The notes beneath the pieces were generated by a model. The model had not been told where the DNA came from and searched no databases. It saw only the letters and a program-made list of their open reading frames with translations. A stretch of 63,404 bases of DNA, the filler included, from Octopus bimaculoides (Eukaryota), in NCBI RefSeq assembly GCF_001194135.2. It is 5 parts of 5 records of this genome, joined end to end, with 100 filler letters (N's around TTAATTAATTAA, not from the genome) between each part and the next. Parts side by side here need not be neighbours in the genome. Positions count along the whole stretch, not along the records: positions 24,738 to 36,637 come from NC_068998.1; positions 36,738 to 44,922 come from NC_068989.1; 3 more parts are not named here. One strand, given 5' to 3'. The stretch's first letter is position 1. The number at the start of each line of letters is the position of its first letter. The translations under genes and the position numbers were made by a program. Shown here one piece after another: positions 26,379-39,217 of this stretch.

Positions 26379-26704
26379 GCCGATAATGATTACCAGAGAA
26401 ATCTAGCAAACGTCAATCTTAATAGTCGTAATCTATGTAAATCCTAAAAATATAATCTATAGCCTCTAATCTGCTCTGTTTTAGTAATAACACTTTCGTG
26501 TTGCGTGTGTGCAGAAGCGAGCGTGTATGTGGATATATAAATGTGTGTGTGTGTGTGTAAAGGTAAGGTCCAAGGACCAACGTTTAGGAAATTGGTGAGC
26601 TTTAAGCAGTCCGTAGAAGATATAAAAAATACTTTTAGGAACAATAGTGGTTTATTGGCGCAGAAGGTTGTGTATAGTGTTTTGTATGTGTGTGTGTGTG
26701 TGTG

Positions 26705-26747
<43 letters not shown>

Positions 26748-26822
26748 ATGTGTATATATATATATTTATATACATATATATGCACTTAAATATAAATACA
26801 TATATATATGCATACATATATA

Positions 26823-26860
<38 letters not shown>

Positions 26861-26944
26861 CATATATGTGTGTGTATATATGTGTGTATGTGTGTGTGTG
26901 TGTATACATGTACATATATACACATATAGATATAGATATATATA

Positions 26945-27130
26945 CTTTTATTCTTTTATTTGTTTCAGTCATTTGACTGCGGCCATACTGGAGCACCGCC
27001 TTTAGTCGAGCAAATCGACCCCAGGACTTATTCTTTGTAAGCCTAGTACTTACTCGATTGGTGTCTTTGCCGAACCGTGACTGGGACACAAACACTCCCG
27101 CATTCGTTGTCAAGCGATGTTGAACACACA
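26945..27130 (-). mobile_element. SINE family B, 3' part
   Basis: Reverse complement of 26050-26240. Confidence 0.9.
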
Positions 27131-28803
27131 CACACACACACACGCACACACTCTTTGTACATGAACTTTATATGTGAGTACATCCANNNNNNNNNNNNNN
27201 NNNNNNNNNNNNNNNNNNNNNNNNNNNNNNNNNNNNNNNNNNNNNNNNNNNNNNNNNNNNNNNNNNNNNNNNNNNNNNNNNNNNNNNNNNNNNNNNNNNN
27301 NNNNNNNNNNNNNNNNNNNNNNNNNNNNNNNNNNNNNNNNNNNNNNNNNNNNNNNNNNNNNNNNNNNNNNNNNNNNNNNNNNNNNNNNNNNNNNNNNNNN
27401 NNNNNNNNNNNNNNNNNNNNNNNNNNNNNNNNNNNNNNNNNNNNNNNNNNNNNNNNNNNNNNNNNNNNNNNNNNNNNNNNNNNNNNNNNNNNNNNNNNNN
27501 NNNNNNNNNNNNNNNNNNNNNNNNNNNNNNNNNNNNNNNNNNNNNNNNNNNNNNNNNNNNNNNNNNNNNNNNNNNNNNNNNNNNNNNNNNNNNNNNNNNN
27601 NNNNNNNNNNNNNNNNNNNNNNNNNNNNNNNNNNNNNNNNNNNNNNNNNNNNNNNNNNNNNNNNNNNNNNNNNNNNNNNNNNNNNNNNNNNNNNNNNNNN
27701 NNNNNNNNNNNNNNNNNNNNNNNNNNNNNNNNNNNNNNNNNNNNNNNNNNNNNNNNNNNNNNNNNNNNNNNNNNNNNNNNNNNNNNNNNNNNNNNNNNNN
27801 NNNNNNNNNNNNNNNNNNNNNNNNNNNNNNNNNNNNNNNNNNNNNNNNNNNNNNNNNNNNNNNNNNNNNNNNNNNNNNNNNNNNNNNNNNNNNNNNNNNN
27901 NNNNNNNNNNNNNNNNNNNNNNNNNNNNNNNNNNNNNNNNNNNNNNNNNNNNNNNNNNNNNNNNNNNNNNNNNNNNNNNNNNNNNNNNNNNNNNNNNNNN
28001 NNNNNNNNNNNNNNNNNNNNNNNNNNNNNNNNNNNNNNNNNNNNNNNNNNNNNNNNNNNNNNNNNNNNNNNNNNNNNNNNNNNNAATCATTCAGGTCAAC
28101 ATTCAACCTCTGGAGCTGTGGAACAAACTACTCCCTTAACATGGTCAAGTGAGATTGTTTGTTAACAGTGCCCTCGAAGAAATAGGGTCTTATCAGGTGC
28201 TTATTCGATATGGCGGCCCAAATCCTTACATGTGGGGGAGAGGTTGTGCTAAAACAAAAAATAATGATAATAATGCTAATAAAACAAAATGTAGGGAGTA
28301 ACAAGACTTTCGGAACACCCTGTATTTCAAATCTTCACCAGGTTATTTTTGTTTTTAAATGTATTTTTGACTTTCTCTTTTTTTGCATGCTGATGACGAA
28401 AACCTCATTCATTTTTTCTAAGAATTATTAATGAAAATGTTACATCAATGTAGAATATAGAAGAAAAAATATCAAGTGAAAATTTTGAAATACTTCAAGT
28501 GGTTGAAAGAATTTGAACAAGATACTCGGTCGACTATTCAATAACATAAGATTTTTAAAATCTGTTTCATTTGATTAGAAATAAATTATCTATATTTTTA
28601 GAGAATGATAATCGAGAAGCTATGGTGTTCATAGCAACACCAAATAGAGGATTATTTCGGGTTGACATGAATACCAAATGCAGTTATTAAAGGCCTGGCG
28701 TAGGCGGCAACCTGTTAGTATCGTCAGAGCGACAAGAAAATGCTTTGCAGACCAACACCCCTGCATCAAAATGACCAGCTTTGTACTAAAACCAGAAACC
28801 TTT

Positions 28804-29488
28804 ATAAAAGGTTGAGTCAAAAGCATTTTCTTTGTCTTTTTTGTATAACATATAAACATTGTTTATTCTTCATTTCACAGTTTTGATAATGAGTGATGAA
28901 AAAAAAATTGTAATTAGAGTCATTTTAAACTACCTGTGGTGAAAAAAAAGGACTGGGCGTAAGGGCAGCAGCAAAAAAAATTAATGATGTAGAAGACCCA
29001 AGAATATCTGGCACAAAACTGGTTCAGACGTTTCAAGAAGTTAACATCAGCCTCGAAGACAACCGAAAGTCGGAGAGACCTTCTGTTGTGAAAGATAAGG
29101 CCTTGCTTGAAATGGTTGAACAACAGCCAAGCACAAGCACTCGTACATTTTCAACAGAGCTTGGTCCTGCATAAAACACCATCAATTAGCACCTCCATAA
29201 GCTCGGCCTTGTGAATAGGTGATGTCGAGAAGCTCCTCATGGACTGACCAATGACCAGGCCCAACAACGTGTGAACATTTGCACGCAATTACTGGTAAAT
29301 TCTTGCGATACCCGCTTTTCGCATCGAATTGTAACTGGGGATGAAAATGGATGTATTTTCGTAATCCTAATACGAAAAATCAGTGGCTTCATTCCAGCCA
29401 CGCTTCAGAACCTGTTGTCAATGAAGGAAGTTCAACAATGCACGGACGGCAGTTCAACAACGTGGATGAGGTTGAAAATGGTGTTAGG
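28804..29488 (+). mobile_element. Mariner (DD34D-type) transposase remnant, internally deleted
   Basis: APHGLTNDQAQQRVNICTQLLVNSCDTRFSHRIVTGDE (WVPHxL and TGDEKW motifs), followed by the C-terminal GRQFNNVDEVENGV. Confidence 0.9.
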
Positions 29489-30115
29489 TTATGTCAACAA
29501 GGATTTATCTTTAAAGGAAAGAGATGAGAAAACAATAATTTACCGAACGTACTCGGCAGCAGCCAGGAAGATTAAAATCATGACGACGGCTCAAGTGGAA
29601 AGGGCACTTAAACCAATCTTGCCAGAGGAAGAAAATTTGGGACAGTGGAGGTGCGGTTTCGGGAGGTAGCTACCGCCAGGCTGCACTCAGCGACACCGTT
29701 GAGAACTGATGAAGTGGTGCATCTACCCGCATACCTTGGGAGAGGTGCTTCCAGGGTCAGGGTAGATGACAAACCCTCAGAAGTGGATGTAGCCTGGCTG
29801 GTAGCTGCCATACTGCTAGGCATGGATGAACTGGCAAGGGCAAAGCCTCGACATAGTAGTACAGGTTGCCTCGGAAGATATCGAAAGTATGTTAAAGAAT
29901 ATTACGTTCGGCGACGTTACACTAAAATTCAGAGTGGAAGGGGGGATTCCACGGGGCTATAAATGTAGCCTAAAAGGCCACATTAGAGCAGATTGTCCTC
30001 CACCACATGTGGAGGCTAAGGAAAGGCAAGAGAGTGAGAAAGTGGTTGGTGCTCCATGGCCCGTGGAGGTTGAGGAAAAGTAGAGTGAAGCAGCACCACA
30101 GACAAAGACCAGTAC
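29489..30115 (+). mobile_element. Retroelement ORF1/gag-like fragment with a zinc knuckle (L1/Tx1-like)
   Basis: GYKCSLKGHIRADCP is a degenerate CX2CX4HX4C. Stops and frameshifts upstream. Confidence 0.7.
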
Positions 30116-30787
30116 CATACATTAGATATGTATATANNNNNNNNNNNNNNNNNNNNNNNNNNNNNNNNNNNNNNNNNNNNNNNNNNNNNNNNNNNNNNNN
30201 NNNNNNNNNNNNNNNNNNNNNNNNNNNNNNNNNNNNNNNNNNNNNNNNNNNNNNNNNNNNNNNNNNNNNNNNNNNNNNNNNNNNNNNNNNNNNNNNNNNN
30301 NNNNNNNNNNNNNNNNNNNNNNNNNNNNNNNNNNNNNNNNNNNNNNNNNNNNNNNNNNNNNNNNNNNNNNNNNNNNNNNNNNNNNNNNNNNNNNNNNNNN
30401 NNNNNNNNNNNNNNNNNNNNNNNNNNNNNNNNNNNNNNNNNNNNNNNNNNNNNNNNNNNNNNNNNNNNNNNNNNNNNNNNNNNNNNNNNNNNNNNNNNNN
30501 NNNNNNNNNNNNNNNNNNNNNNNNNNNNNNNNNNNNNNNNNNNNNNNNNNNNNNNNNNNNNNNNNNNNNNNNNNNNNNNNNNNNNNNNNNNNNNNNNNNN
30601 NNNNNNNNNNNNNNNNNNNNNNNNNNNNNNNNNNNNNNNNNNNNNNNNNNNNNNNNNNNNNNNNNNNNNNNNNNNNNNNNNNNNNNNNNNNNNNNNNNNN
30701 NNNNNNNNNNNNNNNNNNNNNNNNNNNNNNNNNNNNNNNNNNNNNNNNNNNNNNNNNNNNNNNNNNNNNNNNNNNNNNNNNNNNNNN

Positions 30788-30826
<39 letters not shown>

Positions 30827-31884
30827 TACATATATACAGATGTTTATACATATCAATGTCTACACATATAACTTGTACTCGTATGTATATGGATACGTGC
30901 ACACCCACATATGCGTGTATCTGTATGTATTATCGCCCCTGTACACGCAGGTATATCTACCTTGTATACATCCATACATTCACACACACACACGTACATA
31001 CGTACGCGCATACACATACACACACATATATATATATACGCACCTATGCATGGATGTACACACACGCGAATATAATTAGATGAATGTGAAGTTCGAGTAT
31101 GAGTATGAGTGAGGGGTTAGATAGAGATCAGAAGTTAGAATATAGAATTATAAGGTCATAGGGATTACCTAAGGGGTACTGTGGAAATGTACTGTATAGT
31201 CATTTTGGCATTTGGATTTGTGGTAGAATTTGAATGTGGGGAAGATCCGGTGGTTACATGTGTTTAGGGCCTCGTTATGTTTATTTAGCAGACCTGGAGA
31301 GTCATGCTTTAATATGTAAAGTGCCTCGTGTGTGTGTGTGTGTGTGTGTGTCTTTGTGTCTGTGTTTGTCCCCAATCGCCGCTTGACAACTGATGATGGT
31401 TTGTTTAGAATTAAGGTAATAAGAAAAACAATAGAGAGGGATAAATAAATAATAACGTTTTCTCGGTCGGGACTGAATTGGTGCGTAAATACAACAAAAG
31501 CAGCAACAACAACATCATCAATAACAACATAAGACCGTGTAATATCGGTCGATGCAGGTTTATTCTTTCATTCTACGTTATCAAGTTTTAGCTTCAAAAA
31601 ATTCTAGGGTTTCATTGTTATCTCCCTTGCATCATCCATTAAGATAAATTATAGGAAAATTCAATAAAATCTAAATTTCATTTTATTTATGCGTTTATTT
31701 GTTTAAATGTAAAAAAAACAAAAAAATTCATGACGTTATTCGTTTTATTTTAGTTTAAAATTATATGATTGTAAATAATTATTTCCAAACGGTATCTTCC
31801 CAGGGACAACTTTTGTCGACAGGCATAGATAGATAGATTGGGCAATAAAGAAATAAGATAGATAGATAGATAGATAGATAGATT

Positions 31885-32101
31885 GAAGGCGGCGAGCTGG
31901 CAGAAACGTTAGCACGCCGGGCTAAATGCTTAGCGGTATTTCGTCTGCCATTACGTTCTGAGTTCAACTTTGCCTTTCATCCTTTCGGGGTCGATAAATT
32001 AAGTACCAGCTACGCACTGGGTTCGATGTAATCGACTAAATCCCTTTCTCTGTCCTTGTTTGTCCCCTCTACGTTTAGCTCGTGGGCAGTAAAGAAATAA
32101 G
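31885..32101 (+). mobile_element. SINE family A, near full length
   Basis: gaaggcggcgagctggcagaaacgttagc head through the gggcagtaaagaaataag tail. Confidence 0.95.
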
Positions 32102-32469
32102 ATAGATAGATAGAGTGACGTAGCTAGTGTAAGCCGCCACTATACAGGCTTATACAGCAAACCCAAAAGTATTGCCTCCCTACAAAGGCTACCCGGGGTG
32201 GCCCATCCCCATTGCCCTTCCCATAACTATGCTACTCGACAGACAGACAGAATAAGAGGGGACATAATTGATTTCACTTCATTTCATTTATATTTATATA
32301 ATTCACATAGCCATTAGCAAACAATGGGCTTGTCAGATGCAGATTTCCAACGGCCATTCACTTGCACTCAGCTTTTCTAACAGCATGACAAGGGAATGTC
32401 TATAACTTGGTGCAAAACGAATATCACTTGGGACCAATGCTTACCTCTTTTGTCATAGATATCAGTTGG

Positions 32470-32660
32470 GTATAAGCATCAGGTGTGGTGCGCAAGAGAA
32501 ACAACTGCACTGTGATGCACATGTGATGCATGTGGACAAGAACAGCCGTGTAAAGAAGAGCTGATCTCTAACTGTCGAAGGAACCTGTGGTAAAGATAGA
32601 CCCAGGAAGTCATGGGACAAGGTGGTGAAGCATGATCTTCAAATGTTGGACCTCTGTGTG
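32470..32660 (+). mobile_element. RTE LINE 3' fragment
   Basis: HVMHVDKNSRVKKS*SLTVEGTCGKDRPRKSWDKVVKHDLQMLDL resembles the GHV.RM...GRPRKTW motif. Confidence 0.8.
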
Positions 32661-33235
32661 AATATATGTGTGTATGTGTGTGCATGTTTGTATGTGTGAA
32701 CCAACATTCTTTTAGTAACAGACAATGATCGATGTCACATTTCAAAAGACAACCACTGGATAACATTGACAAGTGTATTAATTTGAATTACCATCCACAT
32801 TTACATATAAAATACTACAATTAGTCGTCATTTTTGATGACACGGAGCCAGCTAGTAATAACATAAAACACAAACAAGTTCTAATTTACAACTAGTTATT
32901 TATTCATAAAAAAAAATCAATACAGTTTTGTATAACAAAACAATTAATGTTTGTAAAATAATAACTTTTCTTCGAAACTTTCTCTCTTTATTATATTACA
33001 AAACAGAAGGAAACTTCCTCACATTTCAGATCTGTTTAGGATTTAAAAAAAAAAAAAAAAAACAGATCAAAGCCACAAATGACAGACAATTCCCTCAGCT
33101 AAATTCATCCCTGATGGCAATAATTTGTTAGCACCAGTCTTAAACATTTCCATTCCTCAGCCCAAAGAGTCAAAATATCCACAGCACTCCAACAGCTCAA
33201 AATAATACAAGGGCTGGCAATAAGACTAGAAGCTT

Positions 33236-33316
33236 CTATGTGTTCTTTGTCATTTTTTCCCACTCTGCGATTCGTTTTTCCTCCACCATTTGTTTCAGTG
33301 ATTCAAAACTCTTTCT
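33236..33316 (-). CDS. Candidate terminal coding exon RKSFESLKQMVEEKRIAEWEKMTKNT*
   Basis: Acceptor tatctttatatttacag (AG 33318-33317), 27 codons to TAG, helical charged composition. AATAAA on the minus strand at 32899-32904. Confidence 0.45.
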   Translation of the reverse strand, partial: RKSFESLKQMVEEKRIAEWEKMTKNT

Positions 33317-33627
33317 CTGTAAATATAAAGATATATATATATACATATATATATATTGATTCATTTGGTTATTTAATATCTGGTTTTTACATGCTAGCAT
33401 GAGTTAGAGGAATACATATTGTTGAGGCATTGTTTTACAGTTCGATGCCCTTCCGCTCACAAACTCTAACTTGTTTCTCAAGTAAGGAAGTTTTCGTTCT
33501 GTGCTGGTCTTCAAAACCACAGAGCTGATCAGTGTTGACAGGAACATTGCAGAACATTGCAGTCTATAGCCCAGCCATTTTCCATGCAAGTGTACAATGT
33601 AAGAATTCATAATCACACACACACATA

Positions 33628-33659
<32 letters not shown>

Positions 33660-33662
<3 letters not shown>

Positions 33663-33890
33663 CAATCCCAGCCAGAAGGATCCAGAAAAAGAGGAAGACC
33701 AAAAAGGAGATGCAGGAATGATGGAATTTGATCTTAGGATGCAAACACAGGAACACAGATACAAGACTCTACATGTATAAATATATATATGTTTTGGGCC
33801 TTGACTCAATTAGTTACTTGGTGCATATATATATATAACCCATGCCAGTATGGAAGGCGGACATTAATCGATGGTGATGATGATGCATAT
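33660..33890 (+). mobile_element. RTE LINE 3' end with a (GAT)n tail
   Basis: EGSRKRGRPKRR motif. The tail aacccatgccagtatggaaggcggacattaatcgatggtgatgatgatg matches 56397-56450 in reverse. Confidence 0.75.
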
Positions 33891-34543
33891 ATATATATAT
33901 ATATATATCGTTCCTATCATGTTAAACTGTTGTATGTTCAAATTTGGCCAAATGTGTTTTTTTGTTTTTATCAATATTTAGTTTTGCTTACAAATAGCCG
34001 GTTCTTTTGGTCAAACTATCATATGTCCAGTTATTTCAGATGCCAAGATATCAAAAATTGCCAAAGTGTAGTACAACAGTTTTGCTATGGAATGGTGAAA
34101 CTATTTTTTTGTTTTCTGAAAAAAAAGCAATGTTTTGGATTTATGACATTTTTGCATAATAGCAAAAAAAAACAAAGGGATCCATAGATAAAAAAAAAAA
34201 ATACTTGAAAACCCCTGCTTTAAATGTATGAATTGGTATGTATTGCAAGAAACAGCTATGGTCCCTTTCTGTAACATTTTATATGATTCAACCAACACAA
34301 ATTAATGTGTGGAAAACGAAATAGGAATTTTGAAAGAAGTTTCTATAAAGCTAGTTTTTAAACATTGAATAGCTATGGGGGTCGACCAGAATAAAATAGT
34401 AATCAAAGGGGTCCAAAGATAAAAAAGGGTTGAGAACCCTTGGTTTAGATCATAAAATGCCTTAAGGGTAAGTAAAAAGGAGACGAAACATAACAAGGGA
34501 CGTAACTTGGTAGCGTTTGCATCATGAAACAAAGTTTTCTCAC

Positions 34544-34558
34544 CTTCCTCTCAAAATA
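34544..34558 (-). CDS. Candidate 15-nt microexon TATTTTGAGAGGAAG (YFERK in phase 0)
   Basis: Acceptor ttttgtttgtttgtgtttgttgttgcttatacag and donor AAG|GTGAGA, frame-preserving length. Confidence 0.4.
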
Positions 34559-34622
34559 CTGTATAAGCAACAACAAACACAAACAAACAAAATCTTGTAG
34601 AATAAATTACAATAAATATACA

Positions 34623-34950
34623 GATGCAGGTCATGTGGTTAAGAAGTTTGCATTGCAATCGCATGGTTTTGGGTTCAGTCCCACTGTGTGACACTTCGTG
34701 TGTTTCCTATTACAGCCCCACACTGATCAATGGCTTGGGAGCAAATTCAGTAGAAGGAAACTGTGAGGAAGCCCATTGTGTGTGTGCATGTGTGCGTGTG
34801 TCTATGCGTTTGTCTTCCATCCCACCCCACTTGATAACCAATGTTGGTTTGTTTACTTCCTTGTAACTTAGTAGTTCAGCATTGAGACTGACAAATAAAC
34901 TAAATACTGGGGTTGATGTGAATAACTAAAACCCTTCAAGACAGTGCCCC
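34623..34950 (+). mobile_element. SINE family B (diverged)
   Basis: tgtggttaagaagtttgc...gggttcagtcccactg...ggaaactgtgaggaagccc. Confidence 0.8.
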
Positions 34951-35431
34951 AGCACCCTGCATGTGCACGTGTTTGTGTCTGTCTCCCCATTCCACTTCAC
35001 ATGACAACCAGTGTCGGTTTGTTTACATCCCTTTAACCCTTTTCACACTTAACTCTACATACAAGTGGTGACCCTTCATTTCCAGTCTTCTGTGAAAACA
35101 TGTCTAGCTGTAGGGATCACCATTGAATCAGATAAGGGTTGGCAAAAGAAGGACATTATGGCAAAGAAAATATACCCCAATAGATTCTCTTTCATCCATA
35201 TATATATTTTGTTTTGGGATTTGGTTTGCAAGATTTTTTATGTGAGTTTGTGTGTTGAAGCATATTTTGTTGTGTCGACGCCCCCAGGCGAAGAAGTAGG
35301 ATCTGCCAAGACATATAAATAGAGGTAGTCTGGCCGTGGTAGGAGTGTTGAGTAGCGGTTGAGTAGCAGTTGTATAGCAATTCAGTAGAGATCATCCGAA
35401 GGTGCTAGATAGCAGTAGCTTGAGACATAAC

Positions 35432-35632
35432 ACACACTCACCAGTAAAGTTTCCACTCATTTACCCATTTATTTCTTCCTAAAAATTTTCGTTGCGTCTT
35501 GCAACATTTTCAATAGTCGTTGACTCGTTGACTCTGTCCATTATCCGACAATTGAAAAGACTGCAAGACGCAACGAAAGTTTTAGGTAAAAATAAATAAG
35601 TAAATGAGTGGAAACTTTACCAGTGAGTGTGT
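35432..35632. mobile_element. Foldback/palindromic MITE (~85-bp arms)
   Basis: acacactcaccagtaaagtttccactcatttac...cgttgcgtcttgca is inverted to tgcaagacgcaacg...gtaaatgagtggaaactttaccagtgagtgtgt. Confidence 0.9.
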
Positions 35633-35842
35633 TTCATCTTTCATTGGTTTCAGCCAATGAAAGATAAAAGACATGTATATAATTGTTTATTACAATGATG
35701 GTTCTAACAAAACTAGTTGCATTTCATTCTCTGGTGAAAGTTCTCATCTTAAGCAAGCATTTTCACTCTGCTCAACATATTAAGTACTGCACATTAAACT
35801 GTTTAAATGAAAATATACAGCATGATGATGATGATGATGATG

Positions 35843-35884
<42 letters not shown>

Positions 35885-36278
35885 CATACACACACACATG
35901 CACAAACACACTCACACAGAGGAATAAAGCAGTTTTTGGTAGTGTACAGGTACAGAATGGTAAATTGGTAATAATAAGGTTATTCATAAAAACTGAAGGC
36001 ATTGGATTCCTTAGTTTACATGGCGACGGAGGTGGGGGGGAGCATGTGAGTGGGTGGTGGGTGCGGGTATGTGTGAGGGTGTGTACAGAAANNNNNNNNN
36101 NNNNNNNNNNNNNNNNNNNNNNNNNNNNNNNNNNNNNNNNNNNNNNNNNNNNNNNNNNNNNNNNNNNNNNNNNNNNNNNNNNNNNNNNNGAAGTAAAATA
36201 AAGCTGGATATTTACATTAATACATTTAAGAACCATTCCATTTCAACTTGGAAAATCTGAAGATTTTCTCTACCTGAA

Positions 36279-36368
<90 letters not shown>

Positions 36369-36482
36369 TATAAACACACACGCATATATATACACTCACA
36401 CATATACATACATACACAAATATATATATATACACATACACATAAATATATACACACACACATATATACACATGCACATACG

Positions 36483-36521
<39 letters not shown>

Positions 36522-36681
36522 AACACACACATTATATATTACATATAACGAACTTCTTCAGCTAGATGCATTACTAAATATGTAAATTAAAGAAAGAAAA
36601 AAATAAAAAAGAAAAGGTGGAGCGGGAGGGGGAGAGANNNNNNNNNNNNNNNNNNNNNNNNNNNNNNNNNNNNNNNNNNNN

Positions 36682-36693
36682 TTAATTAATTAA
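36682..36693. other. Assembly linker TTAATTAATTAA
   Basis: Same 100-nt spacer as 24682. Confidence 0.95.
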
Positions 36694-36737
36694 NNNNNNN
36701 NNNNNNNNNNNNNNNNNNNNNNNNNNNNNNNNNNNNN

Positions 36738-36773
<36 letters not shown>

Positions 36774-37509
36774 ATTTATATATATACGTATCTATATACT
36801 TGTTACTCTGTGCGCCTGTGTGTGTGTTTGTGTGTGTAAGTGCGTGTCTGTAGACGCGCGCATGTGCGTGCGCTGGCGTGTGTGACTCTAGTAATCGACA
36901 TATTATTCATGTATAAAGGCATCTAAACTGATCAATGTGTACGTGTGTTCGAACCTGATACTAAGGCACTGCATGCTGTGAATGTCGCTGTGACTTGATG
37001 TACGCGCATGTGAATATCACTGTTTATGTGTCTATGGTGTACCTGTAGACGTGTTCGTGCGCGCGCACATTGGTGTATGTATGATTGCTTTCATTATTCA
37101 GATGTTCAAGTATGTGAACGTCTGTACATACGTGTGAGAGAATGTATGTGAGCGCGCACTCGCACGGTTGAGTTTGTGTATGTATGTATGTATGTATGTA
37201 TGTATGTATGTATGTATGTATGTATGTATGTATGTATATAAACGTGTATGTATGTGTGTATTTGTATTTGTATCTATATATCGCTGTATGATCGTTTGTG
37301 TGTATGAATGTGTGTGTGTGTGTGTGTGTGTGTGTCTTATATCTGATGGTGTGCATTTAGCGAAATATCACCGATGTGTGTGGGTGTGTGGATATATGTG
37401 TGTGAGTATGCGTTAGTGTATTTGTGTGATTATACTCATACTTACTCCATTTGAATAAAACTCTTGTGTATATATATATATGTGGCATGTGTTTGTAGTA
37501 AGAACTTTT

Positions 37510-37920
37510 CTTCTCAACCACATGGTTCTGTGTTCAGTCCCACTGCATAGCACCTTGGGTACGTGTCTTCTACAATAGCCTCAAGCCGACAAAAGCCTTG
37601 TGGGTGGATTTGGTAGACGGAAACTGAAAGAATCCCGGGTTTTTTGACAACATTATCCAAACAGAAAAGATCCGACGTATAAATATGTACGTGTATACGT
37701 GTGTGAGACTGAGGGTGTGTGTTTCTTCTGCGTGTGTGTGTGTGTGTGTCTTTATCTCCAATATCACTTGACAACCGGTATTACTGAGTTTATGTCCACA
37801 TAAATTAATGGTTCAGCAAAAGGGACCGATGAAATAAGCCCCAGGCTTACAGGTGTCTTCAAGGTGGTGCCCCGAAATGGCCGCAGTCAAATACCTGAAA
37901 CGAAAAATAGAATAAAAGAA
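37510..37920 (+). mobile_element. SINE family B
   Basis: caaccacatggttctgtgttcagtcccactgc...gtagacggaaactgaaagaa...aaatggccgcagtcaaat. Confidence 0.9.
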
Positions 37921-38027
37921 TATATATACACATAGGTATATTCACTTGGAGTGACTACAATCACACGCGCGCGCACACATATATGCGCGTATTTATATAT
38001 ATACATACATATTTGAGAGCATGCAGA

Positions 38028-38075
<48 letters not shown>

Positions 38076-38366
38076 AGGCATAAACACTAATATTCAAATG
38101 TGCTACACATAAAAATAAGTGTAGATAACTATGTATGCATTGTTATTATCATGGTTATTCCGGAATCCAATTTATCACCTTAGCTGGCAGACCATCCAAT
38201 TGCTACTTCCTTCTATAAAACAGTATGGTGTGATTTGAAAAGAATTGGCTGCTGTTTCTTGCAGCTCGGTCGACCTTATACAGGTTTCGTTTATGGCTCA
38301 ACTCTATGTTGACAGTAACTACGTATATAGTTTTATATGAATAGACGCATGTTTGTTTACATAATG

Positions 38367-38404
<38 letters not shown>

Positions 38405-39217
38405 NNNNNNNNNNNNNNNNNNNNNNNNNNNNNNNNNNNNNNNNNNNNNNNNNNNNNNNNNNNNNNNNNNNNNNNNNNNNNNNNNNNNNNNNNNNNNNNN
38501 NNNNNNNNNNNNNNNNNNNNNNNNNNNNNNNNNNNNNNNNNNNNNNNNNNNNNNNNNNNNNNNNNNNNNNNNNNNNNNNNNNNNNNNNNNNNNNNNNNNN
38601 NNNNNNNNNNNNNNNNNNNNNNNNNNNNNNNNNNNNNNNNNNNNNNNNNNNNNNNNNNNNNNNNNNNNNNNNNNNNNNNNNNNNNNNNNNNNNNNNNNNN
38701 NNNNNNNNNNNNNNNNNNNNNNNNNNNNNNNNNNNNNNNNNNNNNNNNNNNNNNNNNNNNNNNNNNNNNNNNNNNNNNNNNNNNNNNNNNNNNNNNNNNN
38801 NNNNNNNNNNNNNNNNNNNNNNNNNNNNNNNNNNNNNNNNNNNNNNNNNNNNNNNNNNNNNNNNNNNNNNNNNNNNNNNNNNNNNNNNNNNNNNNNNNNN
38901 NNNNNNNNNNNNNNNNNNNNNNNNNNNNNNNNNNNNNNNNNNNNNNNNNNNNNNNNNNNNNNNNNNNNNNNNNNNNNNNNNNNNNNNNNNNNNNNNNNNN
39001 NNNNNNNNNNNNNNNNNNNNNNNNNNNNNNNNNNNNNNNNNNNNNNNNNNNNNNNNNNNNNNNNNNNNNNNNNNNNNNNNNNNNNNNNNNNNNNNNNNNN
39101 NNNNNNNNNNNNNNNNNNNNNNNNNNNNNNNNNNNNNNNNNNNNNNNNNNNNNNNNNNNNNNNNNNNNNNNNNNNNNNNNNNNNNNNNNNNNNNNNNNNN
39201 NNNNNNNNATATATATA

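Noticed and set aside
33990-34100. Minus-strand exon with an in-frame TGA (selenocysteine idea), or plus-strand exon RFFWSNYH...
   Set aside because: Several conflicting frames and strands, no SECIS identified, no recognisable family.
34170-34450. hAT-like termini CAGGG(G)TT(C/T)TCAA
   Set aside because: The two ends are in the same orientation with no TSD or transposase. Too fragmentary to call.
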